In this document: positions 1 to 19,912 of the stretch, in pieces
Layout of the letters: the number at the start of each line of letters is the position of its first letter
Numbering within the stretch: position 1 is the stretch's first letter
Assembly: GCF_009914755.1 (NCBI RefSeq)
Contig: NC_060927.1
Reading direction: 5' to 3' (one strand)
DNA: 64,000 bases
Origin: the human T2T-CHM13v2.0 reference genome, Homo sapiens
Notes under the pieces: model-generated
Database searches by the model: none
Told to the model about the DNA's origin: nothing
What the model saw: only the letters and a program-made list of their open reading frames with translations
Made by a program: the position numbers and the translations under genes

Positions 1-1121
1 AGTGGAGGAACCAATTTCTAGGGCTGCCTATTCCACCATTTTCTGTGACACCATACCTCTTCTGCTCATTTTTACTGAAGAAAGTTTTAAAAGCTTTATT
101 GCATCTGTATAACTGATACAGAGTCAGAGAGAAAGGCTCACACTACACAAAATCATCTAAAGAGGAAGGAAAAGATGACCCAAATATACTATCCAACAAC
201 AATGGGTATACCTTTAGCCATACATTCAAAGACATGGGTACACAATTTTACTTACGTGAGATCATAGAGTAACATGCTGTCCTATAACCCAGTCTTTTTA
301 CTAAATAACATCATAAGTATCTTTCCAGGTGATTAAACATGATCCTTCTTCTCCATTTTTAAAGAGTTGAGGGTATTGCACTTTAGGTATACAGAATAAT
401 AACCAATCAGTCTCCTGCTCATGGACATTTATTTTTACTTTTCACTATTAATACTGTGATGAAAACTGATATGCATATATCTTTGTGTACTTACACAATG
501 ATCTCTTTAAAGAAAATTCCTAGAAGAGAGATTCCTGAGTCAAGGGATATGTGCATCTGACATTTGGATATGTATTATCAAAATACCCTTCAAAAAGTCA
601 AATCACTCTATATTTCCACTAATACCATATAAACAAAGCAGCTCATTTCCTCCTGCTCAAGTGAAACTGAGGGTTTTAGGTCATTATTAATCTTTTCAAC
701 TTATTGGGTAAAATATATCATTTTATTTATTTACTTCTTTATTTTATATTTATTTATTAGTTAAATTGAACATCCTTTCATGTTTTTATTGGCCATTTAC
801 ATTTGTCTATGAACTATTCATGCTTTTTGGCTATTTTTCTAGATAATTTCTTGAACAATGAAATTCAAACGGTAGCTTTCCCACTCTACTCTGCCTTGAG
901 AACCACTGCAGTAGTTTAGCATAGCTCTGAAATGTGCAAAGCTGATTTTTACAAACTCATGTTCAATTATTTAAAATAAACTTTTGATATGTAAGGAATA
1001 ACAATAGCAGAACAGCTGCTATTAGATCTGCCTTCTCACAGATAACACCTATGTACTCCAGACAAAATACAAAAACAAGTATTTGAACACTGGACAGCAA
1101 TCAAAAGTAGGCAGACAGCCA

Positions 1122-1725
1122 CTTTGGAAAACAATTTGGCAGGTCCTCAAAGAGTTAAACATAGGGTTACACTTGTCGTAGCAATTCTACTTCTAAGTAT
1201 ACACTCCAGAAAAATTAAAATATGTCCACACAAAAATAAAAACATGTGTTCACACATTCATAGCAGCATGATTTCTAATAACCAAATTTTGATACCACTA
1301 AGTGTCCATTAACTGATTAATAAACAAAATGTGTTATAAACATGTGATGAAATATTATTTGTCTATAAAAAAGAATAAAGTACTGGATACATGGATTAAT
1401 CTTGAAAACATGCTAACTGAAAGAAGTCAGTCACAAAAGGCCACATAATGTGTTATTTCATTTATATGAAATGTCCAAACTTGACAAATCTATAGGAAAA
1501 AAAGTAGATTAGTGGTTGCCAGGGACTAGGAATAGAGTAGGGAAAAATAGGGATTGACAGTTAATGGGTACACAATTCCTTTTAGAGGAGAGGAAAATGT
1601 TCTAAAATTAGAGTTTTGTAACGGTTGCACAACCCTATGAATATAGTAAAAAACACTTTTTTTAATTGGGTACATTTTAAATGGGTAAAATGTGTCATAT
1701 ACAAATTGTATCCTGATAAATTTGT
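1122..1725 (+). mobile_element. Old L1 (L1M) 3' fragment
   Basis: CACTTTGGAAAAC...AGATTAGTGGTTGCCAGGG...GTTCTAAAATTAGA motifs. Confidence 0.7.
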
Positions 1726-1778
1726 TTCTTTAAAAAAGCAGCCAGAAACTTGAGTCAATGGTTGAAAGAAGAGAACAG

Positions 1779-2122
<344 letters not shown>

Positions 2123-2701
2123 CTAAATAGAAATTTTATAAATTTGTGGAAAATGCTAGGGTATAGATCATTCCTGGAGATTAGATTCTTATATATCTGA
2201 TATTGAAATTCTTTCACAAAATCTGGCCCTGGATAAATACCACTTTAAGTTACAGATTATGAGAGAAACAAAAAGAAACAAGGGGCTACATTTAAGGGTA
2301 ACATTTCCAGATTCAAGAAAACATGTACTTTTTAAAAGAAGCCTTGGCAAGTTTTTTTTCGAAAGAGAAAACATTGTGTGAGAAAAGCAGCTGACATAAG
2401 CTGACTTAAATTTTCAGGTCTAAATTGACACCATTAAGAGTAAGTTGGGTCAACTTACTCTAAGCTGACACCAGCAGTTACCATATCTACTTACTTGGTA
2501 AGAAGAAAAGGTGAAGAGTCTCAATAAGCGATGCCCTTCTTATCTTTCATCACACTAACCTGCTTTGACCCTCCAGACATTAGTTCTCATTACTAACAGC
2601 AGCCTGTTCCTGTTTTTAAAATTTATTACAACTATAATTAAATAACTGAGTGTATAATTAATGTTTTAATATATGTCTTATCAACAAGAAAGTAAACTCT
2701 A

Positions 2702-3074
<373 letters not shown>

Positions 3075-3146
3075 TTAACTCAAAATGCTCATAGCATTTA
3101 TATCTTAGTGAGTAGAATTATTCCCCAATAAAGATGTATGCCACCA

Positions 3147-3485
<339 letters not shown>

Positions 3486-4142
3486 CTAAAATAACTTGAT
3501 AGCTTCAAAAGACAACATTTCTTAAAAAGAGAAAGAAGGCTGAATTACATGATTAGAGAATCTAGGGAAAGCTAAATAAAATAAAGGATAAAGCTATTTT
3601 TTCCCTTTTCAAAACCTGTACATTTTATTTGAAAATGTACATTTTTTAAATGTACATTTTGAAAATGTAGATATGCAAAAAAGAAGAAAAATCACCTATC
3701 ACCACTTATGACTAAATCACCAAACTCCAGACATAACCATTGTTAAAATTTGTTATATCACGTCAGACTATTTTTCTGTTCATTTATACAGATATATACT
3801 AATAAGATCACCCTATGCATAAAGTTTGTAACTACTTTTTTCTTGTGGTCATATATTTTAAAACATTTTCATGGTATTATAAAAGTAATTATCATTTTTA
3901 ATAACAATATAATAATTAATTATAAGAATTATATTCCATAATTAAGTTAAATAATATCTTACTGTTAGAGATTTAGATTGCTTTTCATTTGTTAAATTAT
4001 AAAGAATGTTCCACTAAGCCTTCTTTATCTTATTATTACCTTAGGATAAATCCTAAAACTGGAATTGCTGGGTTAAAGTATATGTTTATTTCTTGGGCTT
4101 TTGATATATAGTATCAAAATATCCTCCAGAAAGATTTGAACA

Positions 4143-4285
4143 AATATATATATACACATATATTATATGTATATATATATACACACATATATTATATGTA
4201 TATATAATATATATATTTGTATATATTATATATATAGTATATATAGACATACATGAATACATACATATGCATACATACACACATA
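4143..4285. repeat. Degenerate (TA)n/(CA)n microsatellite
   Basis: Visible alternating TA/CA run. Confidence 0.9.
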
Positions 4286-4629
4286 AATAACACATTAAGT
4301 AACTCATAAAAATCTAAATATTAAGTAACATAAAAATCTAAATGATAACTGTATAAAAGGATATATTACAGGGTTAATACAAACCTTGCAAAAAGAAATG
4401 ATTGCATAAATGAATTCCAAATCCTTTTGTGAAAATACACAAGGCAGAAAATGAGCAAAAAAACTATTGATAATTCAATGAATGAAAGTTAAGTGTTTGA
4501 ATAGTATTTACAACTAGCTATTCTGAAAGAATCAGTCTAGAACATTAAGAGATAATACCATCACACATATGATTCATATACTATCAACATTTTTGCTGCA
4601 GCAAAGTGGCAGACATAACACAATAGTAA

Positions 4630-4904
4630 TTTTTTTTTTTTTTTTGAGACAGAGTCTCTCTCTGTCACCCAGGCTGGAGTGCAGTGGTGCGATCTTGGCT
4701 CACTGCAAGCTCTGCCTCCCGGGTTCACGCCATTCTCCTGCCTCAGCACCCGCCACCACGCCCGGCTAATTTTGTTTTTGTATTTTTAGTAGAGACGGGG
4801 TTTCACCATGTTAGCCAGGATGGTATCGATCTCCTGACCTCGTGATCTGCCTGCCTCGGCCTCCCAAAGTGCTGGGATTACAGGCGTGAGCCACCACGCC
4901 CGGC
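4630..4904 (-). mobile_element. AluY-like element with a short internal deletion
   Basis: GGGTTCACGCCATTCTCC; segment missing near 4747; flanks CAA(T/C)AGTAATTTT. Confidence 0.93.
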
Positions 4905-6979
4905 CCCCAACAGTAATTTTAAATGAAGAAGATGCTTAGAACAAGTCAGAAGAATAAATTACCTGAGATTTTTAAGAAATGTAATTTTTTCTATTATACT
5001 ATTCTTTTTTGGTATCACCTGCGTTATAGTTTGCTATTTCATCTCCAAATTCAAGGTATTTTTTCTACAGTAGACTAAGCATTGCCCATTTCAGGACTTA
5101 AAAGGAATATCAAGCATCTCACTAAGTCTTCCTTCAAGTGCCCTCTGAGGACAGCCTGCATAAAGACAACTAGGAAACTTCCTAAAAATACCACTTCACA
5201 GAGCCTCATTCTCTGAGATTTTGATTCTCCATATTGCAAATAGTGCCCAAGAATGTGTATTTTTGCAATACCCAGGTGATGCTTATGAATGCTGAAATTT
5301 AGGTAACTTGGTTTACTATCGTAATGATTGAACAGGGCATCACATCATGAAAGGGCATTATCCTCAGGCAAACACCCAGACAATAAGGAATGGAAACTCA
5401 GGTAATTATTCTTGTCTCTTTCTACTTATACAGCAAGGATTTATCTCCTGAACCTGTCTATTTCTTTCCATCTCCACTGCTACTTCCCTATTATTCAGGC
5501 CAACGTCATCATTTTCTTGTACTACAACAGCTCCTAATTAGCCATCCTGCCTCTAGTGTACCTCTACTCTAATCTGTCCTCTATGATGATCTTAGAGTAT
5601 GCTTCCCCAAAAATGCCAAATCTAATAAGGTAACTATCTAAAATTGATCAGTGACTCACCATTGCCCATAAGATAAACTCCAAACTATTGTGGCCATACT
5701 AAATTCTTAATTTTTCTAATAAACTATGATTCCTCACCTTTGTTTATTCTATTCCTTCTCTCGAATCACTGTTCCTTTCACCTCAAAGCAGTATTTCCAA
5801 CATTTGAATACTACCATGTTACTACACACCATCCATGGCTCTCTACTGACTAATATACTCAATTGCCAACCTCACTGTTTTTCAGCTGTTCAAAGAAAAT
5901 CTTATATTAGACGCTCAAACAGTATAACCGGAACTGCTCTGGTTGCAGGTAGTGAGAGAGATCAGGGGCTCAACTCCCTCACCTCTTTTCTACCCCACAG
6001 CAACCCCAAAGGAGGCTCCACAGAACAGAATTAGATTTTAAAAGACTGAAATCTGGATTCTGTTGCATGGCAAACACTTTAGTCCATCTATCTTTTCTGT
6101 ATTATCTCCTGGTATTATGCCATGAAAATTTTACAGACATTGCACAAAAAGCACCATACTCTTTTGTACTTTGATTCACAAGAGGTTTCTTTTGCCTGTA
6201 ACTCTCTTCCCCAACTTTGTCTCCTTGGAGAACTACTAATTCTTCAAGGCTCTGCTCTCTAGTCAATGTCCCACAGGCTGAGTTAGGCTCTTCCACACCC
6301 TTGCAGTGCTTGTATAAAAAACTTCCTGTATAGCACTTGTCATAATGTACTGTAAGTCTTATAGTCTAATTCTCCACTAGACTGTCAACAACTTGAGTAA
6401 AAGTCTTTATATCTTTTTCTTATTTATACCCCCAGTTTCTAGAACACTGTCTGATGAGTAGTATATATTTAATGTCTATTAAATAAAAGATAGAGGTTAA
6501 CATTCTAAATAAAACGACTAGATGCCTAACGAGGTAAACCTTTAATATGTTTTTAAAATTTTAAAATATTTTAATCAAAATGACAAAATAAAATTATGTT
6601 TAAATTGGCTTATTAATAAATTGTTGAGTATCTACTGTGTTGTACAGATAATACAGAATTATTGAACTATTGGATTTTATAAACTAGGGAGTCAAAAATA
6701 ATATACATGAAACTAAAATTGACAATGTAAGAATGTAATACATTGTGAAAATGAGACTACACATTCTATAGATTTAGAATCATTGATAGGGAAAATCAGA
6801 GGTAAAAGCTCCTTAAGTGATTAGATGGGATGATCTAACATCCTGATGTTGTAATTGAGAAAGGAGGGACCTAGCAGAAAAGAAATTAGAAAAATATACA
6901 AACAAACTTTAGAGTCAATGGAAGGCATGATCAAAGGAAGTCAAACTTGAGACAGGCCTTTAAGAATGAGTGGAACTTG

Positions 6980-7320
<341 letters not shown>

Positions 7321-7862
7321 CTAAGACAGAAATCAAAGTATTCCATGAAATGAGAAAATGAGTAGGGATGTTAGTAAGAGGTAGGAAAGGTTCAAAAGCC
7401 AGTGTTCAATGTGAGTTGAACACACTTAGAGAGTTGTGGGGGAAAAGACTCAATGGATTTTATGGCACCAGGTTTCAAACAGCTTTTAAAGCTAGGCAGA
7501 GGACTTCATATTTTATGTGATAGAAAACAAGTAACCAGAAATCTTAATAGATTAAAAGCTCTAAAAATTCTGTCTTATTCTGCATTAGAGGCAAATAAGC
7601 CACAGAACAATTTTATGATTTCCCCAGTTAGGAATAGTATAAAACAGCCACACTCAAACTCTTTTTACCACATAATGCTGCTGCTTTTGGGGTACTTCAA
7701 CGAACAATTCATTCAAGTACAATGGGTAAATGCTGCTGAGCTTGGCTATTTCCCCAGGTTCTAAACAGAATTTGTATGAAGGAGGGCATATTCTCTTGTG
7801 AGGAAAAATTCTTGCATGTATTCAAATATGAATTCTTGATAAAGAAAAATATGCCCTTTGGT

Positions 7863-8162
7863 TATTTATTTATTTATTTAGAGACAGGGTCTAATTCTCA
7901 TCCAGGCTGGAGTACAGTGGCATGATTATAGCTTGCTACAGCCTCCACCTCCTGGGCTCCAGTGAGCCTCCCACCTCAGTCTTCCCAGTAGCTGGGACCA
8001 CAGGTATGCACCATCATGCCTGGCAAATTTTTCAATTTTTTTTATACAGACAGAGTTTCACTCTGTTACCCGGGCTGGTCTCAAACTCCTGGGCTCAAGC
8101 AATCCTCCCTCCTTGGACTCCGGAAGTGCTGGGATTACAGGCATGAAACACCACATCCAGCC
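7863..8162 (-). mobile_element. AluJ-like element
   Basis: Diverged reverse Alu (CTCCTGGGCTCAAGCAATCC). Confidence 0.9.
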
Positions 8163-8624
8163 ATGTCCTCTGGTCTTAAAATGACTATTTTTCCAATGCA
8201 CTATTAATTTCTTACGCAAAATATGCAATCGAGATTTCGTATGAAACATATTGACAGCAAAAAAAAAATAAAAGTTTATAAGCTTCAAGTCAGTGAAAGG
8301 TTAGAAAAAAAAAGTTTAAAACTGAATTTTCCATATTGAATGGGCATAAATTTTAATACTTTAACTACTTCATCCTTCACAATCATGCTCAAAATAATAT
8401 TTCCAGAAAGACAAATAGTAGAGATCGTGCCCATGCTTCAAACTTAAACAGATTTTGGTCCCATATATCTGGAATTGATTGAACCAGCATATTAAGAAGA
8501 CAAATCAGAAAGATTCAACCAGATGCATCCATTGAAAATGTTTTTTAAAGACTGAGAACCATGTGTGTTGTGCATTACCACATTTATGACAGCACATCTG
8601 TGATTGCTCACCACTATAACTTAC

Positions 8625-8762
8625 CCCAGTTTTATCACACAAGCGTAAAGTATGAAACGATCCAACAGCAAATAATTCTCCATCTGGAGCCCAGGCAACT
8701 GAAGTAATGGGATGCTCATGAGGTTGTGAATTGTACAGTGGGCGGCCGTAACTATCCCATAC
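8625..8762 (-). CDS. IFT80: IFT80 exon 8 ([46 protein letters not shown]), 138 nt; gene continues left of the window
   Basis: tttgtag| acceptor, GGG|gtaagt donor. Cumulative CDS is 777 nt = 259 codons, open throughout. Confidence 0.96.
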
Positions 8763-9127
8763 CTACAAAAGCAATTTTTAAAAATCTTTTATAATATCAG
8801 GGAGAAGTTTGCAAAAACTAAAAGAAAAATAAATAAATAAAATAAAAATGTTTTATAACAGACACCACATAAAAACAAGTTTGTCTTCCAGTAAGGTAGT
8901 AAATAAAAATTTAGAAATCAGCACCTTATATATTAGCAATTAAACGTCTTTACTATCACACAAGGGGAAAACAAAGCTGTATTCCTTTAAGCCTAAATGT
9001 CTCAAAAAGAAACTATTTTATAACACTGTCATAATTTTCAGATTTTACTAAATCTCTGAACATAAAATCTACCCATTTTAAGTCCTTTTAAATATAATAG
9101 TACATTTTGAAATGTTTAGTTCTTAGC

Positions 9128-9432
9128 TTTGTTTTGTTTTTTGAATTTTAGAGACAGGGTCTCACTCTGTGGCCCAGGCTGGAGTACAGTAGCATGATCA
9201 TAGCTCACTGCAGTCTTGATCTCCTGGGCTCAAGAGATCTTCCTGCTTTAGCCTTCCAAATAAGCAAGGACTACAGGTACATGCTGCCATACTTGGCTAA
9301 TTTTTAAATTTTTGTAGAGATGGGGTCTTGTTATATTGCCTAGGCTATTCTCCAACTCCTGGTCTCAAGTAACCCTACTGCCTTGGCCTCTCAAAGCACT
9401 GGGGTTATAGGTATGAGCTACCATACCTAGCT
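9128..9432 (-). mobile_element. AluJ-like element
   Basis: Diverged reverse Alu. Confidence 0.9.
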
Positions 9433-9703
9433 TGCTTACCATTTTGCTTAAATTTTTTCTCCCTGTAAGGGCTCTACCTACTTTCTCTAAAAGTATTTAT
9501 TTCAATTTAATTGCCTCTAACTCTAGTTATTAATACATTAAACCTTATTCCTCTCTACAAATTATTTTGACCTGAAATTGATCAATATTTAGTAAACCAG
9601 CAGGGTTAATTTTTAAAAACATACTGAACTGAACTCAAATTGAGTCACGGTAAAATTAGGGGCTATACTGATATTGTTACTTATTAAATATCAAACTCTA
9701 TAG

Positions 9704-9920
<217 letters not shown>

Positions 9921-10088
9921 AATGAGATAATTTTTATGAAGTCCATGCTTTAAAATACCACTTAACATTATAAAATAATTTGCTAAATTACTGGAGTAAA
10001 AAGACATGGCTAAAGTAAAAAACTAAAAGAATATTCTTATATGCTAAGTACTTATAAATTTGATTATTTCAGCCAAGTGATAAATCTA

Positions 10089-10217
<129 letters not shown>

Positions 10218-10600
10218 TTATAAGTTTAAAAGCACTTAAGTTTTTTTCTGTAAGAAATATATTTTGCCTCTTTCTAATGACTCCTTTGTCATCTTCTCAG
10301 GGATTCCTATCTTCCTTTTATAGCCAATGTACAATACCTCATTTGCTTGTTTCATTTGTAATTTATACTAATGTAAGCACCTAGCACCTAAGACATCCAC
10401 TATATAGCCTCAAACCTTATGAATTTCCTCAGTTGCCTGGACTCCAGATGGAAAATGACTTGCTGCTGAACTATTTCAAGCCGGACATTTGTACAATAAC
10501 ACTGAATGAATATGTTATGTATTCCAAAAATGTCAACTGAATCCAAATCTTGCTTTCTCCTTCATATAGCAGATTCCATTACTGATACTGCCTTCATGCT

Positions 10601-10924
10601 TGTTTACTTATTTATTTTATTTATTTATTTATTTATTTTTGAGACAGGGTCTCACTGTCACGCAGGTTGGAGTTCAATGATGTGATCAGGGCAACTGCAG
10701 TCTCGACCTCCCACATTCAAGCAATCCTCCTGCCTCAGCCTCCCAAGTAGCTGGGACTACAGGGACATGCCACCACACCCAGCTACTTTTTTTTTTTTTT
10801 CATTTTTGGTAGATAACTCTTGCTATATTGCCTAGGCTAGTCTCAAGCTCCTGGGCTCAAGTAATCCTCCTGCCTTGGCCTCCCAATGTGCGGGGATTAC
10901 AGGCGTGAGCCACCATGTTCAGCC
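10601..10924 (-). mobile_element. AluJ-like element
   Basis: Reverse Alu with (TTTA)n tail. Confidence 0.9.
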
Positions 10925-11106
10925 CCCCTCAACCATTTTTTTTTTAAACTTCTGCACAAACATCTTTACTACCCTCTTCATTTCATTCTGTTCGTCATAT
11001 TCTTCTAAGTTTCATTCACTTTATCTTCATGTGTCTGGTTTACAACTGGACTACTCTGAGAAACTTCTGCTGTATTTACCATGTAACAAAAAGATGTTTT
11101 CCATAG

Positions 11107-11274
<168 letters not shown>

Positions 11275-11978
11275 TAAGAGTTTCATTTTAAAGGAACAAA
11301 ATAAATATTGCGTATTCAAGATTTATGAATAAAATATGATTTAAATTTTCCTTACACTGTAATTTAGGGTATCAACATATATTACAAATATTTGCATATT
11401 GTTAAACATATAATAATTTTTATTTATTTATTAATGTATTAGGCATTTTGTAAAATTCCTTTGAACAAGAAGCTCCTTGAAGGCAGAAACTATGTTCTGT
11501 TTCATTTTGACTATCTCATACCTACCACAGTGCCTGGTATATAACAGGTATGCATTACATTTTTATTCAACGAATAAATAAAAATTTCCTCACTATAAGA
11601 CCAAGTTCGAAGTGTTGAGAAGGCCTTAAAAGACATGAGGTATATACTTCTGAACTGCATTCCACAAGCAAGAATTAATTAAGCACACTTTTTTGTGGAC
11701 AATCCTAATTTGAATATGTTTTTATGCTCAAGAAGAATTGCAGCTGCTTTAGTCTCCCAAAAGGAATAGATAATTTGCATGAAGTTACTAATTATACTTT
11801 AAGTCCTGTTTCTCTCTAGCTAATTTTGGCAATGGATACTTTGATTCACTCTACTACCTCCTGGCCCAGAGGTTCTACTGAACCACTAAGCCATATTTAA
11901 CTTGACCAATTGTGATATAACCAGCTTCCTGAGTTTCATTTCTATAAGCCTAATTACAGGTATCTAAACAAATTTACA

Positions 11979-17631
<5,653 letters not shown>

Positions 17632-18169
17632 AAACAAATTCACATAACTATAAACTAAAGGTATAAACTAAAAGATTCAACTTGTCTGTTTTTGCTGTAT
17701 AAATTTCATAGCAGATTTTCAGCGTAGGTAATTGGCATGGAAGGACTTTGACTAAGAGCCATCAAAACTAGTCCTCTTTCCCAGCTTCTTCCCTTTGCCC
17801 AAATTCTTTACCTTAGGTGCCTAAGGACAGGGGCTTGTATGTTCTATTCTTGCATGTCCCTATAGTTCCTAGCAGAGTGTTCTGCACACCATAAAAATGT
17901 AAATGCATTTTGGCTGTGTAAAATACATATAGCATAATCTGTACAGATGTTATAATATGGAACCTCAAAGTCATCTCTATGTCCTTATTCCCTAAAATCT
18001 ACATCTACTCAACTGTGAAAACACTTCTATGCCTGCTGTAGCCTGTCAATGTCTACCAACAAATCTCTTACTCAAGACCTAGTCATTTTACAATGTTTTC
18101 CTGGTCTCCTTGGTTGACTAAAAGGTAGAGATGGCACAGCAACTTATAATAGCATAATAATACAGATAA

Positions 18170-18440
18170 TAACAGGTACTGTATATTGAGTGCTTACTGT
18201 ATGCCCGGAATTGTCCTTTGCACTTTGCAATTTTAACTCATTTAATCCTTACAGCAATCCTGTTAAGCTGATATTAGTGTCACTAACTAAGAGATGTTCT
18301 CATCTCTTAGTTGAGATATTGAAGGCTGACATTCAACAATATTTTATAACTTGCCTAAGGTCATGTATAGGTAAGTGAGTGAAGATTTGAACCCAAGTAG
18401 CTAACTCCAAAGCCTGTGTTCTTATTAGCAAAACTATGCT
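18170..18440 (-). mobile_element. MIR element
   Basis: TATTGAGTGCTTACTGTATGCC...TCATTTAATCCTTACAGCAATCCT...AACTTGCCTAAGGTCA. Another MIR lies near 47870-47995. Confidence 0.65.
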
Positions 18441-18636
18441 GTATCATTATCAAAATGAGTTGGAATAAGGGGAAAACAAACCTTGTTGGAAATATAAAGA
18501 TATTCCTTGTTCTGTAATAAAGGCTGATTAAACCATGTACTTAAAGACCAGACTGTAAAAAGACCACCCAGAAGAAAGAGACTCCTAAGCAAGTGCCCTC
18601 TAGTTTAGCAGTCAGGCAGACCCTGATAACAATTTA

Positions 18637-18807
<171 letters not shown>

Positions 18808-19274
18808 TTATTATGCCTTATAAAAAGAGAGATTGTTAAGAGGATCAAAAAAGCCATATGAGGTGTCATTTCATTTCTTCTCTTTTCAATGGACCTTTCA
18901 AATTAGAGTATATAGTCTGATGTTGAAATGCTGACTGGGTTAATATTGACCTTTGAAAATCTACTGTGAGCAACTGACATACTATATTTTTAACTAATTA
19001 GGATCTTGCTGAGAAAATATGGAGTTTTTAGAAATTCCATATAGGTGCTATTGAAATACATAAGATAAAATAAATATACTTCATTTTTAATATATAAAGA
19101 AATAGCAGAAAAGTCATGATTTATCATTTCCCATCATTGACAGCCATCAGTATGTATTTATTTATTGGCAGCAAATGTTTTTACATTTATTTGCAACTAG
19201 TTCAACAAATGATGTTGGTTTAAAGCAGCAGTCTTGGGGCTTGGCTGCACATTGTAATCACCTAGCAAGCTTTT

Positions 19275-19912
19275 TAAAAATTTTTATTTTTAATTTTTGT
19301 GGGTACACAGTAGATATATATATTTATGGGGCACATGAGATCTTTTGATACAGGCATACAATACATAACAATTACATCATGGAAAATGGGGTATCCATCC
19401 TCTCAAGCATTTTTCCTTTGTGTTATGAACAATCCAATTGTACTCTCAACCTGTTGTGTTATCAAATACTAGGCCTTATTCATTCATTCATTCTATTTTT
19501 GGTACCCATTAACCACCCCACCTCCCTCACAACCCCCTCACTACCTTTCCCAGCATCTTGTTACCATCCTTCTCTCCATCTCCATGGGTTCCATTGTTTT
19601 GATTTTTACATCCCACAAATAAGTGAGAACATGCAATGTTTGTCTTTCTGTGCCTGGCTCATTTCACTCAACATAATGAATGAACTACAGTTCCATCCAT
19701 GTTGTAGCAAATTATTGAATCTCATTTTTTTTATGGCTGAATAGTACTCCACTGTATATAAGTACCACATTTTCTTTATCTAGTCATCTGTTGATGGAAA
19801 CTTAGGTTGCCTCCAAATCTTGGTATTGTGAACAGAGTTGCAACAAACACAAAAGTGTAGCTATCTCTTTAATATACTGATTTTCTTTCTTTTGGGTATA
19901 TACCCAGCAATG
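19275..19912 (-). mobile_element. Old L1 (L1MA-like) 3' fragment
   Basis: Reverse L1 3'-end motifs (AAGTGAGAACATGC, TTATGGCTGAATAGTACTCC, GGGTATATACCCAG). Confidence 0.75.
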
